From contig NC_045696.1 in assembly GCF_009834535.1 (NCBI RefSeq), positions 17,610,001-17,674,000 of the forward strand: 64,000 nucleotides of DNA, read 5' to 3'. The position numbers and the translations under genes were made by a program. Below are positions 11,331 to 23,285 of the stretch, one piece after another. Each line of letters opens with the position of its first letter. Position 1 is the first letter of the stretch. Below the pieces are notes generated by a model. That model had not been told where the DNA came from, made no database searches, and saw only the letters and a list, made by a program, of their open reading frames with translations. Origin of the DNA: Camelus ferus. Taxonomy: Eukaryota.

Positions 11331-13589
11331 CATAGGGTAGACGTACATTCAGTTCTTTATTTCTTATTGGATATCTTTCTGAGCCACTGTCCAGCCACTT
11401 TTCACTACAGCAAAGGAGACGAAGGTGTTAAAGGATGGGCAAGAAATACAGTAATTTGCATTAAAATACAGAACATGTGTTGAACATGAGAACTGTTAGG
11501 TCTAATACTAGTTTTCACATCTGGAATGAGAAAAGATATGGAGGAACTCATTTTCTTTCTCTTGAGTTTATTATACCTGTGCAAGGTGTTGTCAAAGTAT
11601 AAGCCGGCTGCTTGCTAGATCTTTCCTCTAGATTCTCTGGTGATTGCTGGCAAGCAACAGAAATTTTCCACAATTACTTAAAATACATGATGAAAGAAAG
11701 ATTGGGACAAGTTTACTTACATTTTCTGTGCTCCTTCTGTTTAAAGGACACAGTACTTCTTGCCTTACCATGTGCTTGAGGTTTTGTATAAAGTTATGGG
11801 ATAATAATAAAGCAAATAACAATATGTAGCATAGCAAACATGTCTTAAATGATGTTATGTTCCTTTTCTTTTCTAGATGCTAGAAAGAAAGGAGACATAG
11901 ACATTTCTCTAAGAATACATTTACGTTATGGGCAATATATCCTCTGGTCTCACTAACACCTTGGTCTAACTTCCCTTTCAGGTCAGGTTAGTTTCCAGAA
12001 TCTTTCTAGATGTGAGTAAGAGATAGGAAAAGGTTATTGAAACTGAAGTGTCTATAAATCTCAGTCCATAAATTTGCTATAAAAATAATGTAACAGATTT
12101 TTTTCTATAATGGACATAGTATTTCTAGTTCCTATTTTGCATAATGGTAAAAGTATGTTTCCAGTAAATTAACATCTACTTTTCTTCCCAGAGTTGTGAC
12201 TAATATCCAGTGGGCAAATTGGCAAGGTGCTCTATAACCTGTTCTTGCTGGAATTCTCTGAGCCCATACCCATTCTATGACCCCAGCCAGGTCTTAATCA
12301 TTAGTCCATGCAGGTCACTGCTGCAGGGCTCTTCTTCTCCACTTCTAAGGGCTCTCAGAACTACTTGTGGATACACAGACATCATTCTGCTGCTTCCATC
12401 CTACCACACTGGGTTAAAGGAAATTCTGAGACATTATTTAAGGCTTGCACTCACTTTTTGTTTCCATCCTAACTTTCCTCTTTGACAGTCCAGGAAACAT
12501 TTATCAAGTCTGTGAGTTTCAGAACTTTTCTCTTAACTCCTCCCATAGTCTCCTACTCTTGTGTATTGTTCATGCACAGGAGTCTTTTTTATTTTTTCTT
12601 GTGGTTGGACCTTTGATATTTAAAAGCAAGGAAAAAGATCTTTTTTTCTCCTTCTTTTAATACCATCTTTTTTCCTGAGCCAAAAGTCAGCTTAGTTATT
12701 TCCTACCTAGAAGAAACACACAAGGGATAAAAAGAATTTTGTAAAACAATCACTACCACAAAATGTATTGGTTAATATTTTTGAAATATTACACTATCCC
12801 ATAAACAAGCTATTTCTTTGAATTTCTGCACATACCTGATGATAAATGAGTGTGTATGTGGGAAGGACAAGGGATGATGTTAGAAAGTTGGGACTCACTG
12901 TGAAAGGCAAGTATGAGTTGTGTTTTCTGGTTTAAGGCTGCAATTCTGAAATACTTAAAGCATTGAATCTCCCTTTTCTTCTTTACATCTCACACTTCTA
13001 GTCAGTCACAAGAAGTGCTTGGACAGCATGCTGCTCTGCTGACCAGATAGAGCCCCACGAACAAAGCTTGCAAGCTGCATACCCATGATTCTCAGGAATC
13101 TTATTACTAGTGAGGCTCTGAAGGGACTGAAGGTAATAAACTAGAAGTGAAGCCTGTGCTACTGCTGGTTGTTATGCGTGTGTGGAAAGTTAGCCCCAGA
13201 GTCACACTGTCAAACTCCATAGGATGCCGAAGGATATAATTCTTTGAGTTTCCTTCCAAGTCTGGAATTCAGAACTTCCACAGTGAATGGCAGAATTCAC
13301 CAACAATTTTCTTTTCTCTACTTTTAATTGTTAAACTATAGTGAGAGCATCACAGCCTAGTTCTTACTATGTTCTATTCTAGGCTTAAATGTGAGTTTCG
13401 CTTTAAATGTGTTTTTACTTTCATGCTTAGAGTTTCAGTCCATAACTTTACGAGAAAGACACATTATGATAACTATGAACAATAGGATATTTTTTAGTAG
13501 TTGTCTTTCAAGAACACAGTCTCATCCACTATAGCAATTATTTGACAGCTATTCATTTAAACATATGTGTATTTGTTAACTTGTTTATT

Positions 13590-13800
13590 TAATCATTTAT
13601 TTTAAAATAATTATTTAGCACCAATTTTATACCAGACAGTGATCTGGGCACAAAGACAGAAGTTCCTGCTCCCATAAAGCTCATATTCCAATGAGGATGG
13701 GAAAGAATGATTTATAAACATAAGCAAATTGATAAGTAAGGACATTTTAGATAGTAACACTTGATGCATAAAACAGAGGATATTATAGGGGATGACTCCT
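13590..13800 (-). mobile_element. L2 3' fragment
   Basis: TTATTTAGCACCAATTTTATACCAGACAGTGATCTGGGCAC...TTCCTGCTCCCATAAAGCTCATATTCCA. Confidence 0.65.
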
Positions 13801-14634
13801 TGTGGGGTTAGGTAAGAACATTTGAGTTTGGCTAATCAAAGTGCTATATTCAACTATTTGCCAATATCAAATATATTTCCTTTTTTCTACATAAACAGAT
13901 CCATTTTTTTTCAGGACTACAACATGTCCTGCAAAATGTACCCATGTCCCCAGATTCCCTTTTGTCTTAGAGTGGTCTTGGGACATTATTTACTCTAGAC
14001 TGCCAGCCTTGCTGTCAGATCCAGGTGGGTTTAGGGAGCCTGATGATCTACTTGGTGAAGGCTAATTTATTCAGAAACTGTTACCTGAGTCTGAGTTCTG
14101 AGTAGACAGTGGTAGTGAATTTGGAAGTTTTGTTCACATGCTATGCTAATGATCTTGTTTGTCCCATTGTAGTTTGATTGCAAATGCAAATCCTTTCCGT
14201 AAGGTCACTGAAGGTGTATTTGATCTAATACGTCTCCAAAATGGAATCTCATAAATGCAGTGGTTGCCATTGTGGGCAATTTACCAGAGTAAATCCTTTG
14301 CTTATGTAAATATAAATTAACATAAGCACATAGAATTTTTTACTACCAACAATGAGGTCGAACCATGACTATTATTTTGTAACATTATTCTTTTAATTTT
14401 ACTATTTATTATATGCAGTACTGAAATCAATACATATATATGTCATGATCTTTTTATTAGATAAATTTCATATAAAATTTACTTAACCATGGCTTGCTTT
14501 TATTGGACTTTTAGAAGTTTCTACTTTCTTATTCTATCAAAAACAATTTCATGATTAATATCTAAATGTACATCAGCATTTAGATACCTAGAAATCTAGA
14601 TATATATGTATTTATGTGTATATATGTATAAACC

Positions 14635-15120
14635 AATAGTCCCTGACTCATAACAGTATGAATTATACTTTTTCAGCTTTACAATGGTGGGAAAGGAATG
14701 CACGTTCAATAGAAACCCTAGTTAAGTTTCTAAATTTTGATTTTTTCCCTGGGCTAGCAGTAGGAGGCAGAATATTCTCTCACAAGGCTGGACAGGGGCG
14801 GCAAGCCACAACCCTCAGTCAACCATGTAATCATGGGGTAAACAACCAATACATTCACAACCTTTCCATATCCAGACAACCATTCTGTTTTTCCCTTTCA
14901 GTACAGTACTCAATGAATTACATGAGCTTTTCAATGCTTTAGTGTAATACAGGCTTTCTGTTAGATGCTTTTGCCCAACTGTAGGCTAATACAAATGTTC
15001 TGAGCACATTTAAAGTAGGCTATGATGTTCAGTAGATTGGTTGTACTAAGTTCATTTTTAACAACATTTCCACTTAGGATAAGTTTATCCAGAGATAACC
15101 CCATGATAAATTGAGGAGAA

Positions 15121-15124
<4 letters not shown>
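14635..15124 (-). mobile_element. MER47/Tigger5-type TcMar-Tigger DNA transposon
   Basis: Reverse complement reads CAGATTCTCCTCAATTTATCATGGGGTTATCTCTGGATAAAC...GTGCTCAGAACATTTGTATTAGCCTACAGTTGGGCAAAAGCATCTAAC, matching MER47. Confidence 0.85.
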
Positions 15125-15158
<34 letters not shown>

Positions 15159-15300
15159 CACATATATGTGTTTAAATATGGTTGTATATTTATGTATATT
15201 ATGTATGCATATATGTATATATGTGTATGTATATATACATGTGTATGTGTGTATATATAACTAGAAATATGTATGTATACATAAAATATATACATATAGT
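15123..15300. repeat. (TG)16 microsatellite (15123-15154) followed by TA/TG low complexity
   Basis: Read directly from the sequence. Confidence 0.95.
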
Positions 15301-15514
15301 ATTAGATACTCATACATTTATTTTTTTCTAAAAAATTTTCAGCAGTGATATGTCAGTGTTGAAAGTTCTGCATACTGTACTTTTTAATACATGCTCACAT
15401 TAATTTATCATACACACTCAAAAGAAAAATAGCAATTTAAAATCCACATTGTACTTAAGACATATTCCAGACTCATTGATGTAATAGTTTTTTTTCTCAC
15501 TCTCTCTCTCTGGA

Positions 15515-15960
15515 AATTAAATGTCCATCAGTAAGGAGGATTACTGATTGCACTATTAATACATGAACAAAATTATATTAACTGCAGCTTAAAAATGAAT
15601 GACAAAGATCTTCATATTCTAATATGAAATTACCTTTAGGATACAGTCTTAAATCAAAACAGCAATGGTAAATCAATACATATGATAAATTACCCTACAT
15701 GGAAGAAGACATATATTTACTTGCAAAAGTAACACTAAAAAAAAAAAAAAAACATTAAAAGCAATAACCAAAATCTAATATAATGTTTAACTATAAAAGG
15801 AGAAAAAGTATAAGTAGAAGAGAAAAGGGAGAAAACTAGAAATCTCCACAAATACATTTTTATGATGTTTGTCTCAAAAAACTAATATTTAATTTATGCA
15901 AAAATAAAATTGAAGTGAAAAGATTAAAAAGTCAATGTAAAAATTTAGACAAAGCTGGAA
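15515..15960 (+). mobile_element. Old L1 (L1M/L1ME/L1MC) 3' fragment
   Basis: AAATGTCCATCAGTAAGGAGGA...GCAGCTTAAAAATGAATGA, a degenerate ORF2-end/3' UTR pattern; A-rich. Confidence 0.5.
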
Positions 15961-16384
15961 AAAATTTCTGTTTTGTATGCTGTGTGTAATTGTGTCATCA
16001 AGTCAATGATATAAACACCCAGGAGAAAATAATTATTTTAAGACTCTTTATAAGTGAAATACAGTATTTTGTCTCCCCATCTATACTGGGATATATTCTA
16101 AAAAACAAATAAACTGCAGCAAAAGTATAAATTCATCCTGTAGTTTTAGTTGTAACAAAAAATAAGTCAATTATATATAAATTGTAGAAAATGCAAGTAA
16201 GTAATTATGTGTCTGGTACCAAGATTTTCAGTGTTAAAAATCATAAAATCATCAAATATATTAGTAGAAAGTTATACAATGCTAAATATGAGACAGAAAT
16301 ATTGTTGTGAACTCATTTTTTTATTTTCAAGAGTACATATTTTATTTTAGTATATAAGTATGAGCAACATATTTAAAAATAAGA

Positions 16385-16660
16385 AAACAATAGAGAAAAA
16401 TCAATGAAACCAAAATTTGTATCTATAAAATGATTTTTTTTGTTGATAAAACCTATAGCCAAATTGACCAAGAAAAGCAGAGTTAAGACATAAATTATCA
16501 ATGTTAATAATTAATGAGGGAACATCACTACCAACAGATTTTAGAAAGATAATAAGGATTATTATGAAGAAGTTTTTGCCAAAAAGTGAAGACATTGACA
16601 CAAGTGGACAAATTCATTGTAAGACATAAATTTAAAATGTAATTAGGAAGAAATAATCTG
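16385..16660 (+). mobile_element. Old L1 ORF2 fragment
   Basis: AATAGAGAAAAATCAATGAAACCAAAA...GATAAAACCTATAGCCAAATTGACCAAGAAAA...ACATCACTACC...GTGGACAAATTC. Confidence 0.8.
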
Positions 16661-16719
16661 TTTAGTTTTATTTTAATAGATTTAATTTATTTCTTCTCTG
16701 GCACTCCTCTTTATATAGA

Positions 16720-17050
16720 TTCAATTTTTTGTTTGAATGATATGCTAAGGCATAGATTTTTGGGTATCTATATTGCTTGATATAATTTGAGGTTCCTGGA
16801 TCTGTGCTATGGAGTCTATCATTAATTTGAAAAATACTTAACTATTACTGCTTCAAATATTACTTCTTCTGCATTCTTTTTCTTTTTCTGATAGTACAAA
16901 TACTGGCATGTTACACCTTGCCAATTATCCCATAGGTCTTAGATATTTTGTTCTTTGTTTTTCCCTCTTTTTTTTCTTTGATTTTCAGTTTTAGAAATTT
17001 TTATTGACCTATCTTCAAGTTCACTAAAAATCACTAATTCTTTCTTTGTC
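16720..17050 (-). mobile_element. Old L1 5'/ORF1-region fragment
   Basis: TTTGAGGTTCCTGGATCTGTG...TTATTACTGCTTCAAATATT...TATTGACCTATCTTCAAGTTCACT, typical of reverse-strand L1M 5' regions. Confidence 0.65.
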
Positions 17051-19889
17051 AGCTACAAGGTCCAAGAGGTCCTCAGTCATATGTCTGGGACGGTAGTACT
17101 GCAGTTGGCTGCGTTTTCTGGGTTCTCCTCCACCTGTGTCCTCTCTCCAAAGATTTCTCCAAACTAAGGTTTCCCACATAGTTTCTTTTATCATTTTATA
17201 CTTTTATTTTATATTTAATCAACCCAGAAATGAGTTATTGTATAAGTTCTGAGTATATTTATGGAATTGCCTAAGTTCTGAGTGTGTATACCATTGTTAC
17301 ATCAACACTAGTTTGATAATCCACCTTTTTCCCCAGAGGACCTACTGTTAACATACGATACCTTTTCAAATATACTGGATCTGTTTCTTCCCAGAGTGGC
17401 CATACAATGTTGATTTTATTATAATAGACTTAAAATAAGTTTTAATATCAGATGGAGTAAGTTTCCTATTATTCCACTTTGTTCTTTAAAAAATATATGC
17501 ATATAAAATTATCTTGATGATTTGCATATATTAATTTTTAAATCTGAACCTCAAAAGCGTATTTTGCGATTTTATTTTATATTCTTGAATGATAAATGAG
17601 ACTTTTCAATTCAGAATATTTATTCCTTATAACTTTCAGATTGAGTATGATATTTTGAACTAATGTTTTTGTCTATATTTGTTGGCTTTGTTTTATTTTC
17701 TAGAATGCAGACATGCTTTTTTTTTACTTCATATTCAGTTGTTCTAAAAAAGATAGCTTACAATTATGAAGTGTTTTTAGGATCCATAACAGGAGTTACT
17801 TACATGCCACATAGTATCTTTAAAAACTCAGGCTGTCATGAACATATATTAAGATTTTGTGACTATCCAACCGTATGTTTAGATGCTCTGGTGTATGATT
17901 TCAGTATCTTTAAAATGTTCCCTAGTTTCTCCCACAGGTAAATTTGTACATGCTTTGTTGCCAATATGTAAAATTTGAATATACTAAAAATAAAATCCCA
18001 ATTCACTAAAAATTTATCTACCATTTTTCCATGTGAATTGGTCATTTATATTTTGTGAAAATATGTTTTAATCTAGATTTTTAAATTTCATCAAATTTGC
18101 ATGCAATACTCTGATAATAATACTTAAGTTAAATCCTTTTTTAAAAAGTTTAGTGGTACAAAAGCAGTTGTTACTAAACTTACTTTGAAATATGCTTTTA
18201 ATAATATTAGAATTGATTTAAAGAATTATTTGTCACTTTATTTCTTCCTATAATCTATGTATGAGTTGAATGGATACTTCTTGTTTTCAGTAACTTGTTT
18301 GCTTTGTTATAATTTCAAAAGTAAAGAACAGTTGTTAGAAAGTGTAAGAACACTGCAAGAAACTCCCAGGTACCCTTTACCCAGATTCAACAATTGTTTA
18401 CATTTTACCTCATCTTTTACTGTACTTTTTCCACTATGATAAAACTTCTAGGGGATCTTCCTCTCAAATCATATAAAATGAAAGAAAACTGAAGAAGCAG
18501 GTGTAGGACTCCGAATAAAGATGCAATTCTTATATATGAATCTGAAATGTAGAAAAAGGTTTGAAATCCCAATGAGAAAACGTAAACAATGTTGCTTGTA
18601 AAGGAGAAGGATAACATGCAGACTTAATATCCCCTTAAAATTGTCACAGTATGTATTACATGTGTATAGGTAGTCGATAATCATTGATTCACTTATTATC
18701 CACTGCATATCAGGTTGTCTGAATGAAATACATGTGATATTAACTGATTTCTAAGCTGTCAACTAAAATATAGAATTATAGAAATTTAGGTGAAATTTTC
18801 AACAGCATTCCATTTAATTGGAAATTATTTTTATTGTATCTAACAAATGCTTATCAATCATTTACCATAGGAGATATAACATTTAATTGAGCTTATGTAA
18901 GTCTTCAAAAACTGTCTTGATAATTGTTAGTAACAATAATAATAGTAGTAATTTAATTATAGCCTTAAGAAGAAACAATTTTAGAACTCCACCTTTCACA
19001 AATGCAATCTAAATTTTCTCTTTGGCTCAAAACCCATGCATTTTTCAAATTTAACTATTTAACATACAATTCTGCTTTCTACACAAATCAGTTCACAGTA
19101 GAGGTTTGTGATGTTGACAGTTTATGATAGCGACAGCTGCAAAATCACTGGACATTGAATGTTGAACTTCCTTTTCTATCATTTTGAAAAGTTTCTTGAG
19201 TTATTTGCTAGTTTTGACAAATGATCATGATGAGGCCAAATCAGATAAGTGATGGACAGCTGTAATGCAGTATTACCAATTAATTTTTGATCATAAAAGC
19301 CAATAAAAATTATCAATACAACTTAGCAACAGAAAATGAATTTGTTGATTGTTAATCACTGTAAATGCATACAAAGGCTAACTTTGCTAGAAGAAATTAA
19401 ATAAGTAAAATTGTACACTACTAATAAATAAGTTTTTTGGCAAACTCTGGTCTATATGACTGTGTTTAAAATTCTGAATGATCATATAAAAGTGAAGTAA
19501 AGATTACCATAAGGAATATACTATTAACTTAAGAAAAATCAGATAGTTATATTGCACCTTGCATAATATAAAAGTCAATTAGCCATATTAGCAATTTTGA
19601 CTTAAATAAAGAGTGTGTGCTTGTAGGTTTGTGAAGATGTAAATGGACGGCCCCAGCCTTAGTCAATTTTGAATGTTAATTTGATTGGTTAAACAAATTA
19701 ACAATAAAGAAAGCAAGCCAAAGAAGTTCAAAAAGTTAAGATAAATTATACCTATAATAACATTTCTCTTTTACTTTGTTTTTTACTGGGTTAGTGAAAT
19801 GGTTATGGGTCATCTGAAAGCAGAAATTTATTGCAAAAAATCTGTGTTCAATTTCATTTACTACCTACCCAACCATATGTTATTACATA

Positions 19890-20200
19890 ATTAATTAACC
19901 CAATATTTTAATTGTTTACAAATCATATTGAGCATCTGATCTGTGCCAGGAATGTTGATGGGTGTTGAGATAAAGGAGAATAGTGTCTAGTCCCTGAATT
20001 TTAGATGTTTAATATCCAGTAAAGAGATGATATAAAATAAATTCAGGTGACATAAATATCCTAATAGAAGTGTGTATAGACAGAGTGATGGGTAAAATTA
20101 TCTTTGTGAAAATAGGAAAAGAGATCATAAGAAAAAAAATCATTTCAATTGAGCTTTGAAACCAATAGAAGCCTGTGAGAAGAATGTTGGGGAAAAGACT
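19890..20200 (-). mobile_element. L2 fragment
   Basis: ATATTGAGCATCTGATCTGTGCCAGGAATGTTG...TAGTCCCTGAATT. Confidence 0.6.
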
Positions 20201-21250
20201 TTCAGGCTTTGGTAATAGAAGGTAAGAAGACTGACTTTTTTCCCTTGATGTATTCAGTAAGCTTAAAATAATATTTACATTGAAAGGTTTTTTAGCATTA
20301 AATGTACTGCCTTGTATGAAGACACCTTTTAAATTATAAAGCACTATGCTTAAGGTATTATTTGATCTTTCTCTTTGTTAATTAAATATTCAGTGTTTTG
20401 TAAGTTTTCTCTCTCAGATTTTGATGATCTCTATCATTTCAAAGTGATGCATTTAGAACTTATATTACTTTATATCTATGTAAAGTCATGAAAGATGATC
20501 TCAAAGCAGTAACATTCTATAATCTACCAATCAAAATACACAGATAATTAATTGTTCTGTTTATAGGAATATTCTGATAAACTAAAAATTATATTAAAAA
20601 TCTGTTCTGTTTCAACACTTGTTTAAAATATAATTTTTAATAAAAATTGAAAGTTACTGTACTCTATTTGGAGTTAATGGTGTATTTATATTTGTATTAC
20701 ATATTCATTCATTTGTAAATGAAGTAGAGCTAGCCATTGGAAATACCTGTTTCTCTAGGCAGATATAAATTGATCAAATACAAATCCAGAAGTTACTTAG
20801 TCCAGTTTCCTTCTCAATTAGGGTGTTCCTTCTTTGTCTATATGGTCAGCATATGATTATTCATCTTCTGCTTGAAAATATCCAGCAAGTCATTTGTGGC
20901 AATAAATGCACTGTATTATTGCTAGTCATTAAGGACTGAATAGAAATCTACTTCTCTAATGTGTTTCAAGTTACATTTGCATTTGCTAAGTTACTGATGG
21001 AGCTGTTGAAAACTGTTGATCATGTACAAACAGCTATTTGAGTCATTCTGACAGAGTGCATAATTTTCCTCACTTCAAATTTTTAGAAATGATTGGTCAC
21101 ATTTATGTATTTAACATACGATACGTCGTTTACTCTGCAGGGCTTTTTTTGTCCTATGGAAGAAAAATGATAATAGAGAAGGAAACCTAATATAGTACTA
21201 AGGGGCATGAGTTCTTCAGATAAATTGCCTGTAAATTTGAGAATGTGTAC

Positions 21251-21595
21251 TGTAAAAACAGCAATAACAGAAATCTCAATTAAGTCAAGTTAGGAGACCA
21301 GAAGAGTGAGCTCCCAAGCCTTGTGAAAATAGCAGAGCACAACAGAAAGAACAAAACTCCTCTTCTTTCCTGGCAAGGAATTAGGCAGGAAAGCCATGAA
21401 AAGCCACGGACTTTGTTTACTATAGCCCCCCCAGGTTCCTTTTCCCCTCTCCAAAAGAGTTCTCCTTCCCTTCCTGTGGGGACTTGCACGCAGTTTGCCA
21501 TGTTTTTAGACCCTGGATTGCAATTCTCTCCTGATACCAAATGAACCCATCTTTGATGGAGAAATATCTCTCTATCTGTTTGCTCTAGGTCAACA
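21251..21595 (+). mobile_element. ERV1-class 5' LTR
   Basis: TG...CA termini (TGTAAAAAC...CTAGGTCAACA); U5-like TTGCAATTCTCTCCTGATACCAAATGAACCCATC; followed at once by a TGG-starting PBS. Confidence 0.8.
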
Positions 21596-22210
21596 TTTTG
21601 GTGTCCTGTGCTGGGACTAGAGAAGCCCCCTGAAGGCTGAAGGGCTAGTGAGCAAATAAGTGCAAGATCCACAACTGAGTCCTTTAAGCCACTGCATTTC
21701 TCACCAGTTCTGGAGTCTGAAGATACATCTTTCTTCTAAATCCAAACTCATACCCTCTTTGTGTTTAAAGCTTTTTTTAGATCCACAAAGGCAAGAACAA
21801 TGCGGTAGTTTGCATACATCCCTTTATCCTACTTGAGGGGCTTTACCCTTTCCAGATCATGCTAAGGGATGGTACATCCATTTCTGTTAGTGTTAGTGTT
21901 TCCAATCTCTAGCTTTTAAAATCTGGAGTTCCAAGGATAGAGTTTGTTTGCTGAGTTGTTGAAATGGTCTGTGCTCTCGGATTCATGCTGTCTCCCACCT
22001 ACATTAAAGAAGATGAGAAGAGTGCTGCCCTCTCCCTTAGACTGAGGAAGACAGCATTTTTACTAATAAGGAAGCAAAACTCTGTATTTCCTCTCCACCA
22101 CGTAGATTAACCCAGGCTGGATGGAGCTATCTTGAAGGGTATTCCAAATAGGATGACTGCCTAAGGGGTAAAATGTCCAGCCTGTAAAGTGAATGGCCAG
22201 AAACTCAGGA
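21596..22210 (+). mobile_element. ERV primer-binding site (21599-21616) and degraded leader/internal sequence
   Basis: TTT-TGGTGTCCTGTGCTGGGA directly after the LTR CA; downstream extent uncertain. Confidence 0.55.
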
Positions 22211-22319
22211 ACTGAAGAGAAACAGAACATAGTGGAGGGGTACCACCAACCTCATGAAAATTGCAATCGAAGGTTGCCAGTAAGAAAACCTAGGAGAAAC
22301 TCGCAAAGCCATTCTAGCT

Positions 22320-22440
22320 CAGTGCTTTCTAAATGTTGTACATACAAACCTTCAGAAGATTTTGTTAAAATACAGGATCTGAATCAGTAAGCTGTAGCAA
22401 ACTCCAAGGTGAGACTGATGTTTCCACACCTTGGATCAGA
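22320..22440. mobile_element. MER5-type hAT-Charlie fragment
   Basis: CAGTGCTTTCTAAA...TTGTTAAAATACAGGATCTGAATCAGTAAG...CTCCAAGGTGAGACTGATG. Confidence 0.55.
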
Positions 22441-22689
22441 AGGTTGGTAAGAGAAAGAGCTGGCTTTGAGTATCCACCATACCTAGGAGTCATCCACACC
22501 TGCCAGCACTGGTCTCATAATGTCTATGCTTCCCTTTCTGCTCTCTTCTCTCCCCGAGTGCTATTTCCCCAAAGAGTGAGAAATTCAAGTTGATGGAGGG
22601 TAAAAAGCAAGGTGAGGAGAAAGAGAAGATGACCTTTGACTATACTTCTCCAGTTGTATATTTCACTGAATATCCAGAGACAAGCGCCA

Positions 22690-22985
22690 GACCTCATATG
22701 ACAGTTGACATCTGACCCACATTAGAAGCCCAGGAAACCAAACCACAGCCTCTGCAGCAACCAGTCCAGGAAGCCAAACCACAGTCTTTGCAGCAATGTG
22801 TTTATAAGTCAAGACTTGGTCAATGACTGCCAATTTTTATTTTTAGTTCCCACTTCCAACTGAAGACCAACCAGAGAAAACCAAATGTCTTTTCTAAGTC
22901 AAGCACATAAGGTGATCAGCTTCTAGTTGGGCTGCCTCTCACTGCTCCATGACAACAACCTCCAATCAGAACCTACCTAAGGACT
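22690..22985 (+). mobile_element. ERV1 LTR fragment (MER90/MER110-like) with internal 36-bp tandem duplication
   Basis: CTTCCAACTGAAGACCAACCAGAGAAAACCAAAT...CTTCTAGTT...CCTCCAATCAG; CCAGGAA(A/G)CCAAACCACAG(C/T)CT(C/T)TGCAGCAA occurs twice. Confidence 0.7.
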
Positions 22986-23084
22986 TTATGTTTATATCAA
23001 GTATTGTGACACACTAATAAAGATATTAGGTAAAGGAAGTTTTAGTATCTGCTTCAGATCATAGTGATCAGATCTCTTTCTCCA

Positions 23085-23285
23085 GAATCAGACTTGGATT
23101 CGAGCCCCAGGTCATCCAAGCCTTTCCTGTCCTCTCGGGCAGGACATTGCACCTCTCTGAGATTCAGTTTATGAGAAAATGGAGTAAATAATAGATTTAT
23201 CTTATGGGGCTACTATGAAGATTAAATCCGAGAATGACTATTAAGTCCCAAGCATATAGTAAACATACAAAGGATATTTGCTATT
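23085..23285 (+). mobile_element. MIR SINE
   Basis: GAATCAGACTTGGATTCGAGCCCCAG...CACCTCTCTGAGATTCAGTTT...AAAATGGAG...GAAGATTAAAT. Confidence 0.75.

Noticed and set aside
14961..15295. HT/YI-rich ORFs (also 34258-34717 and 40973-41413)
   Set aside because: They are translations of microsatellite and low-complexity DNA.
21280..21672. 130-aa minus-strand ORF
   Set aside because: It is antisense to an LTR and PBS and has no recognisable protein features.
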